Shown one piece after another: positions 38,526-51,829 of a stretch of 64,000 nucleotides of DNA; the stretch's first letter is position 1, and each line of letters starts with the position of its first letter. Origin of the DNA: Octopus sinensis (Eukaryota); NCBI RefSeq assembly GCF_006345805.1, contig NC_042997.1, forward strand, positions 212,784,001 through 212,848,000. The letters are read 5' to 3'. The position numbers were made by a program, and so were the translations under genes. The notes under the pieces were generated by a model that saw nothing but the letters and a program-made list of their open reading frames with translations, made no database searches and was not told the origin of the DNA.

Positions 38526-39066
38526 GCACACACACACACACACACATATATACAGAAAGAGAGCATGTGAGTGAGAGAGACATAATTTGTATTCACACAC
38601 ATACTATGTGTACTGTAACAGAGTGTATTGTTTGTTATTCATGTGTGTGTGTGTGTGTGTGTATGTGTGTGTGTGTGTGTGTCTAGAGAAGACCAAATGT
38701 GTTGTGGAAATACAACAACAGTAACAATTTCAGTTGAATCACCTTAAATTGCTTCACTTGGCTCAAACATTACAGAATTAATTAACAGAATTATAAAGTT
38801 AATTGTTTAAAAAATATTTCTAATTAAAACAAGCCATAAAAGGTTCTTATCATTAAGACGAAACCACAATTTCGTTGGGGATGAAAGAATGAAAGTTGAT
38901 TGAACAGAGAGAAGGGACCAAGTACTGCCCTTCCTTTCTGATACACCTCCTTCTCTGCTCATCCATTGATCTCTGATCACTTATTAATGATAATTATAAA
39001 TATAAATAAATAATTTAGTGAACTATTATTTTTAAGGCTAAACATTACAAAATTGTCCAACAGCCA

Positions 39067-39477
39067 CTCTCTTTCTTTTACTCTTTTACTTGTTTCAGTC
39101 ATTTGACTGCGGCCATGCTGGAGCACCGCCTTTAGTCGAACAAATCGACCCCGTGACTTATTCTTTGTAAGCCCAGTACTTATTCTATCGGTTTCTTTTG
39201 CCGAACCGCTAAGTGACGGGAACGTAAACACACCAGCATCGGTTGTCAAGCAATGCTAGGGGGACAAACACAGACACACAAACATATACACACACATATA
39301 TATATACATATATACGACAGGCTTCTTTCAGTTTCTGTCTACCAAATCCACTCACAAGGCATTGGTCAGCCTGGGGCTATAGCAGAAGACACTTGCCCAA
39401 GATGCCACGCAGTGGGACTGAACCCGGAACCATGTGGTTGGTTAGCAAGCTACTTACCACACAGCCACTCCTGCGCC
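39067..39477 (-). mobile_element. Full-length SINE family A
   Basis: Reverse complement of 48600-49017. Confidence 0.92.
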
Positions 39478-39514
39478 TAAAGATAGCCACTGATAGCCTC
39501 TGCTGTAAATTTGC

Positions 39515-39720
39515 CGTTAATGTTAATCGTTCTGCAATAAGGCATCAGCCTGGCAGAATCATTAAAGGCATTTTGCTTGTCTTTATGTTCTGAGGTTGAC
39601 TTTGCTTTTCATCTTTTTGGGATCGATAAAATAAGTACCAGTTGAGCATCGGGGTCGATGTAATCAACTTACTCACTCCACCCCCCAAAAAATTACTGGC
39701 CTTGTGTCAAAATTTGAAAT
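39515..39720 (+). mobile_element. Degenerate family B-like SINE
   Basis: gttgactttgcttttcatctttttgggatcgataaaataagtacc. Confidence 0.7.
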
Positions 39721-39725
39721 CATTA

Positions 39726-39799
<74 letters not shown>

Positions 39800-39845
39800 T
39801 TATTGTTATTATTATTATTATTTTATTGTTATTATTATTATTATT

Positions 39846-39889
<44 letters not shown>

Positions 39890-39895
39890 TTATTA

Positions 39896-39936
<41 letters not shown>

Positions 39937-40027
39937 TATCATTATTATTATTATTTATTATTATCATTATTATTATTATTATTATATTATTATTATTATT
40001 ATTTTATTATTATTATTATTATTATCA

Positions 40028-40087
<60 letters not shown>

Positions 40088-40198
40088 CATTATTATTTTA
40101 TTATTATTATTATATCATTATTATTATTATTATTATCATTATTATTATTATTTTATTGTTATTATTATTATTTTATTGTTATTATTATTATTATTTTA

Positions 40199-40235
<37 letters not shown>

Positions 40236-40371
40236 CATATTATTATTATTATTATTATTATTATCATTATTATTATTATTTTATTGTTATTATTATTATT
40301 TTATTGTTATTATTATTATTATTATTGTTATTATTATTATTATCATTATTATTATTATTTTATTGTTATTA

Positions 40372-40402
<31 letters not shown>

Positions 40403-40538
40403 TTATTGTTATTATTATTATTATCATTATTATTATTATTTTATTGTTATTATTGTTATTATTATTATTATTATTATTTTTATTGTTATTATTATTATTA
40501 TTATTATTATTTTATTGTTATTATTATTATTATTATTA

Positions 40539-40595
<57 letters not shown>

Positions 40596-40620
40596 TTTTA
40601 TTATTGTTATTAATATTGTT
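39721..40620. repeat. ~900-bp (ATT)n microsatellite
   Basis: Direct reading; it follows a SINE tail. Confidence 0.97.
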
Positions 40621-40624
40621 ATCA

Positions 40625-40830
40625 AAAGCTGTGAGTTGTTAGCATGCTGGACAAAACGCTTAGCAGTATTTTGTCTGGGTTTACATTCTGAGTTCAAATT
40701 CTGTGAGGACTGACTTTGTCTTTCATCCTTCCAGGATCAACAAAATAAGTACCAGTCATATACTAAGGACCGATGTAATCAACTTACTCCCTCACCTGAA
40801 ATTGCTGGCCTTGTGCCACAATTTGAAAGC
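40625..40830 (+). mobile_element. Degenerate family B-like SINE
   Basis: B box gagttcaaattc and ctttcatccttccaggatcaacaaaataagtacc. Confidence 0.7.
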
Positions 40831-41020
40831 AATATTAATTGTCCTATTTTGCTCAACTCAGCCATAATAAAAGTCAAGCGTACTCCAAGTAAGTGAATTT
40901 ATCGTTAATTAATTAAATATCTCTAATGACTACTTTCACATTTGGTATTGACCCTTTTAGTTAGTCTGACTCTTTCTGAAAGGGCTCAGCACCGTTTCTT
41001 ACGACACAACATAGTTTCTT

Positions 41021-41801
41021 ATTTCTTTATTGCCCACAAGAGGCTAAACACAGAGGGAATAAACAAGGACAGACAAACGGATTAAGTCGATTACATCAAC
41101 CCCAGTGCGTAACTGGTACTTAATTTACCGACCCCAAATGGATGAAAGGCAAAGTCGACCTCAGCAGAATTTGAACTCAGAATGTAGCAGCAGACGAAAT
41201 ACCTATTTCTTTATTACCCACAAGGGGCTAAACATAGAGGGGACAAACAAGGACAGACATAGGTATTAAGTCAATTACATCGACCCCAGTACGTAACTAG
41301 TACTTAATTTATCGACCCCAAAAGGATGAAAGGCAAAGTCGACCTCAGCGGAATTTGAACTCAGAATATAGCAGCAGATGAAATACCTATTTCTTTATTA
41401 CCCACAAGGGGCTAAACATAGAGGGGACAAACAAGGACAGACATAGGTATTAAGTCAATTACATCGACCCCAGTATGTAACTAGTACTTAATTTATCGAC
41501 CCCAAAAGGATGAAAGGCAAAGTCGACCTCAGCAGAATTTGAACTCAGAACGTAGCGGCAGACGAAATACCTATTTCTTTATTACCCACAAGGGGCTAAA
41601 CATAGAGGGGACAAACAAGGACAGACATAGGTATTAAGTCAATTACATCGACCCCAGTGCATAACTGGTACTTAATTTATCGACCCCAAAAGGATGAAAG
41701 GCAAAGTCGACCTCGGCGGATTTTGAACTCAGAACGTAGCGGCAGACAAAATACCGGTAAGCATTTCACCTGGCATGCTAATGTTTCTGCCAGCTCGTCG
41801 C
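41021..41801 (-). mobile_element. SINE family B with four head-to-tail ~184-bp body units behind a single head
   Basis: Units start at about 41021, 41204, 41389 and 41573; only the last continues into the A-box head. Confidence 0.92.
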
Positions 41802-42458
41802 TTTCTGTTACAGGATTCTTATCGAAGACTCATCAAGGAAGAAAACCTGAGATAACACACCCTTTGAGAAGCAGCAGTCAAAGCTCCCTCACCTTACAGG
41901 ATATTCTTAAAAAGGGAATAACAGCTCTAGGTACACCTAAAAAGACAGGACAGTGACAATTGGAACATCACTCTTGTCACACTTTGTCTTGATTCGGACT
42001 GAACAATAACAAGTCAAGATGTTGATACATTATCAAGTAGCCATTACTAAACATGTTCATAAAAGCTTTTAATAAGATTTGTGAAGACAGAAGTGAAAGA
42101 AAGAGTTTGAAGAAGCAACCAGCATCTTTAGATGCTCAATTGTAAACTGAAAGGAGAGAAGGCAGCAGTGATCAGCATGATGGACAGTTGTGTTTAGATT
42201 GCAATATGGGAGGACATCTCACTACAATACACACACACACACATTTCAAATACAATCAACTTTCAAATCTCTTGCATTAAGTTACTTACTACTTTCCTCT
42301 CTCTCTCTGATATCAATTTGTGAACACTGACATAACATTAAGATTACAAAGATAGTTTGTTGTCTGATCAATGAATTAGAAAAGTAACAAGATGCAATGA
42401 TCTCTGATAAATCTTTAAACAGCTGAACTTTTATGTACTCTGTCTTCTATATTGTGTA

Positions 42459-42510
<52 letters not shown>

Positions 42511-43339
42511 CAGCTTAATTTAATGTTTCCTTTATAAGAAATAATAAGAAAGAGGAACCCCCAGAAGCTTCCCCCTACAGCAATACTGACCTCCTCCTCC
42601 TCTTTCTAGATATTCACTGGAGTGTCTTACCTTTTTCTTTTGCGTATCTCAAGGATCAGTACTTTCTCTCCTTTATTATAGCCAAAGGAAATTAAAACTT
42701 GCACAAACATTATTTAATTGAGTGGAATTAAGATAAGTACCTGCCCAACTTTGAAAGTTCATCTTAAATGACAATTATCACCGTCATCATTTAACATCCA
42801 TCTTCAGTATTGACATATTTTGGCATCAAGTTTTCCAAGGATATTAACAGAGCTTCTTCCCATTCTCAGAGAAGCAAACTTAAAGGCAACATTGCTTCAA
42901 ATACATAAATAACCTACAGTAAACGAGGTTCCATTTGGTCTTTTATAGAAAATTATAATTGGTTTTTTTTTTTTGTGAGCCGCCAACACTGTTTCAGGAG
43001 CTGACATGACAAACGAACCAAATAGACAGATTATTCTTGACTTATTAAAAACAGCAGCCAAATGTCTATCAAATTGTAGGAAGGATAATGTGGTTCCATA
43101 TATACTAATGTACAATAGCTAGGAAAATTAGAAAGGTTTGTCATGGTTGGAACATCTTCAATTTATCATTAACATAACCACCACCACCACCACCACCACC
43201 ACACCATCACCATCATCATCATCATCATCATCATCATCGTCATCGTCATCATCATCATCATCATCATCATGGCAATCATCATCTTTTAGCATCCACGGTT
43301 CAGTGTTAAGTTCCAGTCATTTAAAGCGAGTTTTTTGTT

Positions 43340-43622
43340 CCTTCTCGCGCCACGTCTGGCTCATAAGGGCCGGTTTCTCGGTTTCTTTGGTGTATAGGTT
43401 CCTCACCTGGATGGGATGCCGGTTCATTGCAGGTGAGCTGCAAGAGTGAGAGAAAGTTGTGGCGAAAGAGTCAGCAGAAGTTCGCCATTACCTTCTGCCG
43501 GAGCCGCGTGGAGCTTAGGTGTTTCACTCATAAACACACACACATTGCCCGGTCTGAGATTTGAACCCGCGATCCCTCGACCACGAGTCCACTGCTCTAA
43601 CCACTAGGCCATGTACCTCCAC
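43340..43622 (-). mobile_element. SINE family C variant
   Basis: Minus strand GGAGGTACATGGCCTAGTGGTTAGAGCAGTGGACTC..GGGTTCAAATCTC. Confidence 0.82.
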
Positions 43623-43659
43623 TATTTAAAGTGAGTGCTGATCAGTTAAAGTGAACGGA

Positions 43660-44400
43660 ACTTGTGGAAACCCAGGAAGACATGGGACAAAGTATTACAA
43701 AGGAGATGACTAAAGATCAAGATATCTGGTGCGTTGCTGGACCCAAGAACACTAGTCGACCACAGCACAGAGCCAATACCAGTGTTGGTGCCACATAAAA
43801 AGCAGCCAATACACTCTATGGAATGGTTGGCATTAGGAAAAGGTATCCAGCCATAGAAACTATGCCAGGACAGACAATGAAACATAACGTGGCCTCTGGC
43901 CTTATCAGCTCTAGTCAAACTGTCCAACCCATGCCAGCATGGAAAACAGATATTCAATGATAACAATGACGATGTTTTATGTGCCGGTGACACGTAAAGA
44001 GCACCAACCAATTGTGGCTGCTGCCAGCCTCCCCTGGTCCCTGTGCCGGTGGCACATAAAAAGCATGCACTACACTCATGGAGTGGTTGGTGTTAGGAAG
44101 AGCATCCAGCTGTAGAAACACTGCCAAACCAGACTGGAGCCTGGTGCTGCCTCCTGGCTTCCCAGACCCCGGTCAAACCGTCCAACCCATGCTAGCATGG
44201 AAAACGGACGTTAAACGATGATGATGATGGTGATGATGATGGGTTGGATGGCTTGACATCATCAGATGGGTCCAAGGACTGCATTGTGCTTCCCTGTCTG
44301 TTTCAGTCAGGTTTCTACAGCTGGATGCCTTTCCTAACACCAACAACTTTAAAGTGTAACCTGAGTGCTTTTTTCTTCATACCACCAGCACTAGTGGGGT
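43660..44400. mobile_element. Cluster of three RTE-family 3' tails (two +, one -)
   Basis: CGKPRKTW remnant at about 43665; tails end at about 43973 and 44240; a minus-strand tail lies at 44243-44400. Confidence 0.78.
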
Positions 44401-45159
44401 CACCGTGCAGCCTGCAAGATGACAAACCCTAAAAGAGTTGGCTTTATACTAAAAGATGAGGGGTTAAGATATGAGAGAAGGGGTCAGAGTAAGAAGTTTC
44501 TGGAGGTGCTGCATGGTTACTCACATTTTTGAAGTGGGAGTGGAGGGGATCAGGGTGGAGCTGCAAAGAGATAAAAATATTAGGGATGAAGTGTAAGAGT
44601 GGACCCTCAAGATAAGAAGTGAGTAGAAGTGAAAGGGGAAGATGAGCTAAGAGTGGGGGTGGGTAGAAATTGCCAGACTGTGTGGGAGAATGAGAGACAA
44701 GGATTTGGCTAAGGTGTATGAATGAAATGAACGACAGACAGAAATTGAGGGATAGATGATGTGGTGAATGGGGAATAGGGTATGACAGGGTGGAGTCCCT
44801 TGACGAATGGGGAGGGGCAGAGAACAGCAGGGAGCTGTTTATGCTGACTTATTAACTACACATAATGGAATGGATTAAATAATTCACCAAACCTAGATTT
44901 ATAACATTTATCATGGACCTTTATATTTTATGAAGAGAGTTGTAAGTGAAGACATGGTCGCGTGGTTAAGAGGCTAACTTTGTGAACACATGGTTGCAAG
45001 TTCAATTTCACTCACAAACGTATTCTACAATAAGTTTAAGCACCAACCGATGCCTTAGGATTAGAATTGGTAGAAAGAAACTCTATGGAAGCTTGTTATG
45101 TATATGTACGTGTGCATGTACATACATATACATACATACGTACATATATTTAAATGGAA

Positions 45160-46345
45160 AAAATTTCCTGTTTTACAGAAAAAAAGGTTCAACAAAATGG
45201 TGAAACTTAAAATTTTTTCCAAAAAAAATCGATGTTTTACAGACAAAGATTTAATATAATGTTGAGCCTTCAAAAGTTAAAAACTAGAATAAAAAAAATA
45301 ATAAAATTTTAATTGGCCTTTTGTTGCACTTTTGAAAAAAATAACAATTTTAATAATAAACTCTTCGCTTCCTCCTTTCTTTTCTTTTTCTCTCTTCTAT
45401 TTTTCAATCCTTTTTCTTCATCTGGGTCATCATCCTTTTCCCCTGACCTTCTCTCTTTCATGCTTCTTCTTCCCCTCTTCTCCTTTTCCTTTTCTCTTCT
45501 TCATTCACCTCCTTCCAACTTTCATCTTTGAATAGCTCATTAGCCTTCTTCCTGGACCTACCTTCGTTTCACGCTTCTCCTCCCTTCCTTTTTCTCTTCT
45601 CTCTTCCATTCCATTATCCATCGCCTTCCGTCCTTAATCCCCACCAAATGCTTCTACTTGTTCTTCGAAAACAAATGATATAGTTAATCTTCATTTATTA
45701 ATAGAAAGGGATTGAAGTGGTGATATTCCCCCCTTTAAAAATAAGATGTGTTTGCTAATGAGACGAGCATTTTAAAAAGTGCAACAAAATGCCAATTAAA
45801 TTTTCATTTCTTCGATTCTAGTTTCTAACTTTTGAAGGCTCAACATCTTATTAAACCTTTTTCTGTAGAGCGCAGGAGTGGCTGTGTGGTAAGTAGCTTG
45901 CTAACCAACCACATGGATCCGGGTTCAGTCCCACTGCGTGGCATCTTGGGCAAGTGTCTTCTGCTATAGCCCCGGGCCGACCAATGCCTTGTGAGTGGAT
46001 TTGGTAGACGGAAACTGAAAGAAGCCTGTCGTATATATGTATATGTATATGTGTGTGTCTGTGTTTGTCCCCCTAGCATTGCTTGACAACCGATGCTGGT
46101 GTGTTTACGTCCCCGTCACTTAGTGGTTCGGCAAAAGAGACCGATAGAATAAGCACTGGGCTTACAAAGAATAAGTCCCGGGGTCGATTTGCTCAACTAA
46201 AGGCGGTGCTCCAGCATGGCCGCAGTCAAAATGACTGAAACAAGTAAAAGAGTAAAGAGAGAGAGAGCAATGTTTTTTTTTTTAAAAAGAATTTAAAGTT
46301 TCAACATTTTGTTGAACTCTTTTTCTGTAAAACAGGAAATATTTT
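45160..46345. mobile_element. MITE-like element with ~180-bp imperfect TIRs; right TIR interrupted by a SINE
   Basis: 45160-45340 is the reverse complement of 45773-45869 plus 46268-46345. Confidence 0.75.
45870..46262 (+). mobile_element. Full-length SINE family A
   Basis: tRNA head, CORE-like TTGGGCAAGTGTCTT, internal (TA/TG)n and AAGAGTAA tail. Confidence 0.92.
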
Positions 46346-46417
46346 CCTCCAAATTTCTTGTTTTTTAAGATTATATCATTTATTATTTAGAAAAAAAAAA
46401 AAAAAAGATTTTTTTTT

Positions 46418-46638
46418 GTGGCCGTTGCCAGTACTGCCTGACTGGCCCTCATGCCGGTGGCACGTAAAAGCACCCACTACACTCTCGGAGTGGTTGGCAT
46501 TAGGAAGGGCATCCAGCTGTAGAAACTTTGCCAGATCAAGATTGGAGCCTGGTGCAGCCATTTGGCTCACCAGCTCTCAGTCAAAATCGTCCAACCCATG
46601 CTAGCATGGAAAGCGGATGTTAAACGATGATGATGATT
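46418..46638 (+). mobile_element. RTE-family 3' tail
   Basis: One unit plus conserved tail. Confidence 0.85.
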
Positions 46639-47334
46639 ATCACTCAGGTACCATTACAAGAAATGATTTTAGTGTCACTACTAGTATTCCATTTGTCAAT
46701 ATAATTTTTTACAATGCAAACATAATGCCCAAAATCAACTTTTTGTAATTTATGCATAATATCAGCTCTGAATTTGAAATATGTGCCAAAATATTTTGTC
46801 TTTTGGGGTTTTTTTTGTATTAAAATTCACAATTTCAGCATTAATTTGCCTGGCATTATTATTTTCAAACATAAATCAATTTATACTGACACACAGATAT
46901 TTCATATTGTTAGAGAAAATTCTATTGACTTCTCCAAGTGCTCAGTATTTCTTTGGCACTCATTGCAATATTTTAAACAAATCTGATTCTTCCTCAGCTT
47001 GCAGACCTACAGTCAAAGATGTTTCAGCTGGCCCAGCCATTCTCTGTTTCTGATGCAGTACATCTAGAAATACATCATCAAATGCATCTTTTCTAAGAGA
47101 CAGTAGGAAGGGATTTGAGGGCAATATGGCTGCTATTTCTAGCAAGTTGCATGACCATTTTATCTCACATAATAACACCTGTACCTCTCTCCATTTACAT
47201 TATTCAGGTTACCTTTGAGACCCGTGAAAAGGAAGCAAAGTTCTAATTTATTGAATTAAAGAGAATTCAGACATGGTGTTGATTGACCTGGCAGGGATCA
47301 CCTGAAAGAAGAGACAAGACATAACCAGAGAGAA

Positions 47335-47547
47335 GGCAGCGAGCTGGCAGAAACATTAGCATGCCGGGTGGAATGCTTTATGTTCTGAGTTCAAATTCCG
47401 CCAAGGTCGACTTTGCCTTTCATCCTTTCTAGGTCGATAAATAAAGTACCAGTTGCACACTGGGGTCGATATAATCGACTTAATCCCTTTGTCTGTCCTT
47501 GTTTGTATCCTCTGTGTTTGGCCCCTTGTGGGCAGTAAAGAAATAAG
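47335..47547 (+). mobile_element. SINE family B
   Basis: GGCAGCGAGCTGGCAGAAACATTAGC head and family core. Confidence 0.87.
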
Positions 47548-48044
47548 GAAACCAGAGAGAAGACATGATGACTCAGTGGAAAGTTTAACCTCTCTAGTGT
47601 TGTGAGGTAGAGAAGAATAGGCAGACTGGACAGGAGAGAAAGGGGAGTAGAGGAAGTGTAAGAGAGGAAGGGGGGAAAGTTACTGCAGTAGGAGGAGGAA
47701 GAGTGTAAGAGGGAAATACAAATGGAAAGAGAGAGAAAGATAGATAGATAGAGAGAGAAAGAGAGAACAAACAGACAGAAAGATAGATATAGAGAGAGGG
47801 GAGGGGACTCATAGACAGACTGGAGGATTGGAGAGAGAACTGATAGAAAGAGAAGGAGAATAAGTTGAAAAGAGAGTAAAGAAACGTAGAAAGATGAAGA
47901 GTGGGAGAGTGAAAAGAAAACAGAAGAGCAAAGACAGAGAGAGAGAGAGAGAGAGAGAAATAGAAAGATAGATATATAGAGAGGGGATGACTGACAGAAA
48001 GGGGAGGAGAAAAAGTGGGAGAAAATGTAAATAAACAAAGAAAG

Positions 48045-48500
48045 AAGAGGATGAGTGAGAGAGGAGAGGATGAGTGGGAGAGGAGAGGATGAGTGGAAGA
48101 GGAGAGGATGAGTGAGAGAGGGGAGGATGAGTGAGAGAGAGGGGAGGATGAGTGGGAGAGGAGAGGATGAGTGGGAGAGGAGAGGATGAGTGGGAGAGGA
48201 GAGGATGAGTGGGAGAGGAGAGGATGAGTGGGAGAGGAGAGGATGAGTGAGAGAGGAGAGGATGAGTGGGAGAGGAGAGGATGAGTGAGAGGAGAGGATG
48301 AGTGAGAGAGGGGAGGATGAGTGAGAGAGGGGAGGATGAGTGAGAGAGAGAGAGGAGAGGATGAGGGGGAGAGGAGAGGATGAGTGAGAGAGGAGAGGAT
48401 GAGTGGGAGAGGAGAGGATGAGTGGGAGAGGAGAGGATGAGTGGGAGAGGAGAGGATGAGTGAGAGAGGAGAGGATGAGTGACAGAGGATGAGTGAGAGT
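48045..48500. repeat. 19-bp purine-rich minisatellite (GAGGAGAGGATGAGTGRGA)
   Basis: Roughly 24 tandem units read directly. Confidence 0.93.
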
Positions 48501-48599
48501 AAAAAAGGGAGCTGAGTGAAATGTGAATATGAAGAGGTTGTTGAGTGAATAAGGTTAAAAATATTTTATTATTGTTATAATTATTAATTATTAATTATA

Positions 48600-49017
48600 G
48601 GCGCAGGAGTGGCTGTGTGGTAAGTAGCTTGCTAACCAACCACATGGTTCCGGGTTCAGTCCCACTGCGCGGCATCTTGGGCAAGTGTCTTCTGCTATAG
48701 CCCCGGGCCGACCAATGCCTTGTGAGTGGATTTGGTAGACGGAAACTGAAAGAAGCCTGTCGTATCTATGTATATATATATATATGTATGTGTGTGTGTT
48801 TGTGTGTCTGTGTTTGTCCCCCCAGCATCGCTTGACAACCGATGCTGGTGTGTTTACGTCCCCCGTAACTTAGCGGTTCGGCAAAAAGAGACCGATAGAA
48901 TAAGTACTAGGCTTACAATGAATAAGTCCCGGGGTCGATTTGCTCGACTAAAGGCGGTGCTCCAGCATGGCCGCAGTCAAATGACTGAAACAAGTAAAAG
49001 AGTAAAAGAGTAAGAGT
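48600..49017 (+). mobile_element. Full-length SINE family A
   Basis: Same structure as 45870-46262. Confidence 0.92.
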
Positions 49018-49058
49018 ATTAAGCTGTAAAACTTTATCTGAAATAAAGATTATAAAAT

Positions 49059-49651
49059 AATGGAAATTTTAACATAAAGTATGTACAATTTTAACCAAGT
49101 TTAAGAAAGTTAATGGAAATTTTAACATAAAGTATATACAATTTTAACCAAGTTTAAGAAAGTTAATGGAAATTTTAGCATAAAGTATGTACAATTTTAA
49201 CCAAGTTTAAGAAAGTTAATGGAAATTTTAACATAAAGTATATACAATTTTAACCAAGTTTAAGAAAGTTAATGGAAATTTTAACATAAAGTATATACAA
49301 TTTTAACCAAGTTTAAGAAAGTTAATGGAAATTTTAACATAAAGTATATACAATTTTAACCAAGTTTAAGAAAGTTAATGGAAATTTTAACATAAAGTAT
49401 ATACAATTTTAACCAAGTTTAAGAAAGTTAATGGAAATTTTAACATAAAGTATGTACAATTTTAACCAAGTTTGAGAAAGTTAATGGAAATTTTAACATA
49501 AAGTATATACAATTTTAACCAAGTTTAAGAAAGTTAATGGAAATTTTAACATAAAGTATATACAATTTTAACCAAGTTTAAGAAAGTTAATGGAAATTTT
49601 AACATAAAGTATATACAAGTTTAACCAAGTTTAAGAAAGTTAATGGAAATT
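49059..49651. repeat. 53-bp AT-rich tandem repeat, 11 near-identical copies
   Basis: AATGGAAATTTTAACATAAAGTATRTACAATTTTAACCAAGTTTAAGAAAGTT at 49059, 49112, 49165 and onward. Confidence 0.96.
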
Positions 49652-49689
49652 AAAGAATTGAAAAGTTCGATATTTTTAAAGTGTGGTGA

Positions 49690-49932
49690 GGTTACAGAAT
49701 CATGCAAGTGGCTGAGTATTCCACAGACATGTGTACTCTTAACGTAGTCCTCAGGGAGATTTAGTGTGACACATAATGTGACAAAGTCTTTATAGGTACA
49801 ACTCCTTTTTGCCAGCTGAGTGGACTGGAGCAACGGGAAGTAAAGTGTCTTGCTCAAGGACAAAATGCATTACGGGGAATTGAACTCACAATGATAAGAC
49901 TGTGTGCCAAATACCCTAACCCCTAAGCCACA
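49690..49932 (-). mobile_element. Degenerate tRNA/CORE-like SINE, same family as 57152-57465
   Basis: Reverse complement of ccttgagcaagacactt..ttgctccagtccactcagctggcaaaaa. Confidence 0.75.
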
Positions 49933-49939
49933 CATCAAA

Positions 49940-49977
49940 CCCACACACACATCAAGCACACATACAGTCACAGATAT

Positions 49978-50013
<36 letters not shown>

Positions 50014-50995
50014 CAAGCACACATACACAGTCATATTATGTACACACACACATCAAGCACACATACACAGTCACAGATATGTACACACACACACTCACAC
50101 ACACACATACACACACACACATCAAGCACACATACACAGTCACAGATATGTACACACACACACACACACACACATCAAGCACACATACACAGTCACAGAT
50201 ATGTACACACACACACTCACACACACACACACACACATATCAAGCACACATACACAGTCACAGATACGTACACACACACACACATCAAGCACACATACAC
50301 AGTCACAGATATGTACACACACACACACACACACACACACATATCAAGCACACATACACAGTCACAGATACGTACACACACACACATATCAAGCACACAT
50401 ACACAGTCACAGATATGTACACACACACACACACACACATCAAGCACACATACACAGTCACAGATATGTACACACACACACTCACACACACACACACCAC
50501 ACACACATATCAAGCACACATACACAGTCACAGATACGTACACACACACACACATCAAGCACACATACACAGTCACAGATATGTACACACACACACACAC
50601 ACACACACATCAAGCACACATACACAGTCACAGATATGTACACACAAACACACACACACACACACACACATCAAGCACACATACACAGTCACAGATATGT
50701 ACACACACATACACACACACATCAAGCACACATACACAGATATGTACACACACACACTCACACACACACATATACACACACACACACATATCAAGCACAC
50801 ATACACAGTCACAGATACACACACACACATACACATCAAGCACACATACACAGTCACAGATATGTACACACACACACATCAAGCACACATTCACAGTCAC
50901 AGATATGTACACACACACTCACACACACATATCAATCACACATAGACAGTCACAGATACACACACACACACACACACACTCACACACACACACAT
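49940..50995. repeat. Complex minisatellite: ATCAAGCACACATACACAGTCACAGATATGTA plus variable (CA)n
   Basis: About 20 units with a conserved core and length-variable CA spacer. Confidence 0.93.
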
Positions 50996-51736
50996 ATAAA
51001 TAGAAGTTTTACCAAGAAACCTTGCTCTAAAGACTATATTCCAGTGCTGTGCCACTAATCCTGTAGAGGACATTCCATGAGTGATTCATAAACAGTCGTT
51101 AAGTTATTGATTGTGTAAACTAATTAAAACAAATATATAACTTGATTAATATAGAGCTTTTGCCACATACAAAGGGAAACTAAGTTAAGAGGTAGATTCT
51201 GTCGAAGTCCCTTTCATGTTGGAAGCTTTCATAGTTTCCAATTAATGAAACCAAATAATTGGAGATAAGGTAGCACTTTGTGGAATAGATTTTTTAGAGA
51301 AAATAATATTTCAGTAAAGAAATAATATTGAAACAGGAATCACTTCCGAAAACATCAATAATGTAATTAATATCATTGAAAAGATGCTATTTAACTCCAG
51401 TTTAGTTCTCATCAAACGGACTTACTAACTAAAACGAGATGTCTCATTATTTGCAATGATTCCGATTTTAATTAAATGGATTCATTAAAGTTGAGGTACC
51501 TTTTTTTTTATCATTTAACGTTGCCTGGATTCTTTCATAGCGATATTAATAACTATATATAATAAGTATGTGATATTCATATATCTGGCTACCTATCTCT
51601 CTGTGTGTGTGTGTGTGTGTGCGTGTGTGTGTGTGTGATTGTGAGTGTGTGAATAGAGACACTTTTAACTTTGAAGTTTCAAACTTTCTGAATAAACCAT
51701 ACATTTAATACGAATCTTCAAAGTTAGTAAAAGTAT

Positions 51737-51829
<93 letters not shown>

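Noticed and set aside
48600-48675. tRNA genes at SINE heads
   Set aside because: A and B boxes are present but run into SINE bodies and are multi-copy, so they are not functional tRNAs.
49940-50995. Conserved repeat with variable spacers resembling CRISPR
   Set aside because: The spacers are only (CA)n of varying length, and the context is eukaryotic.
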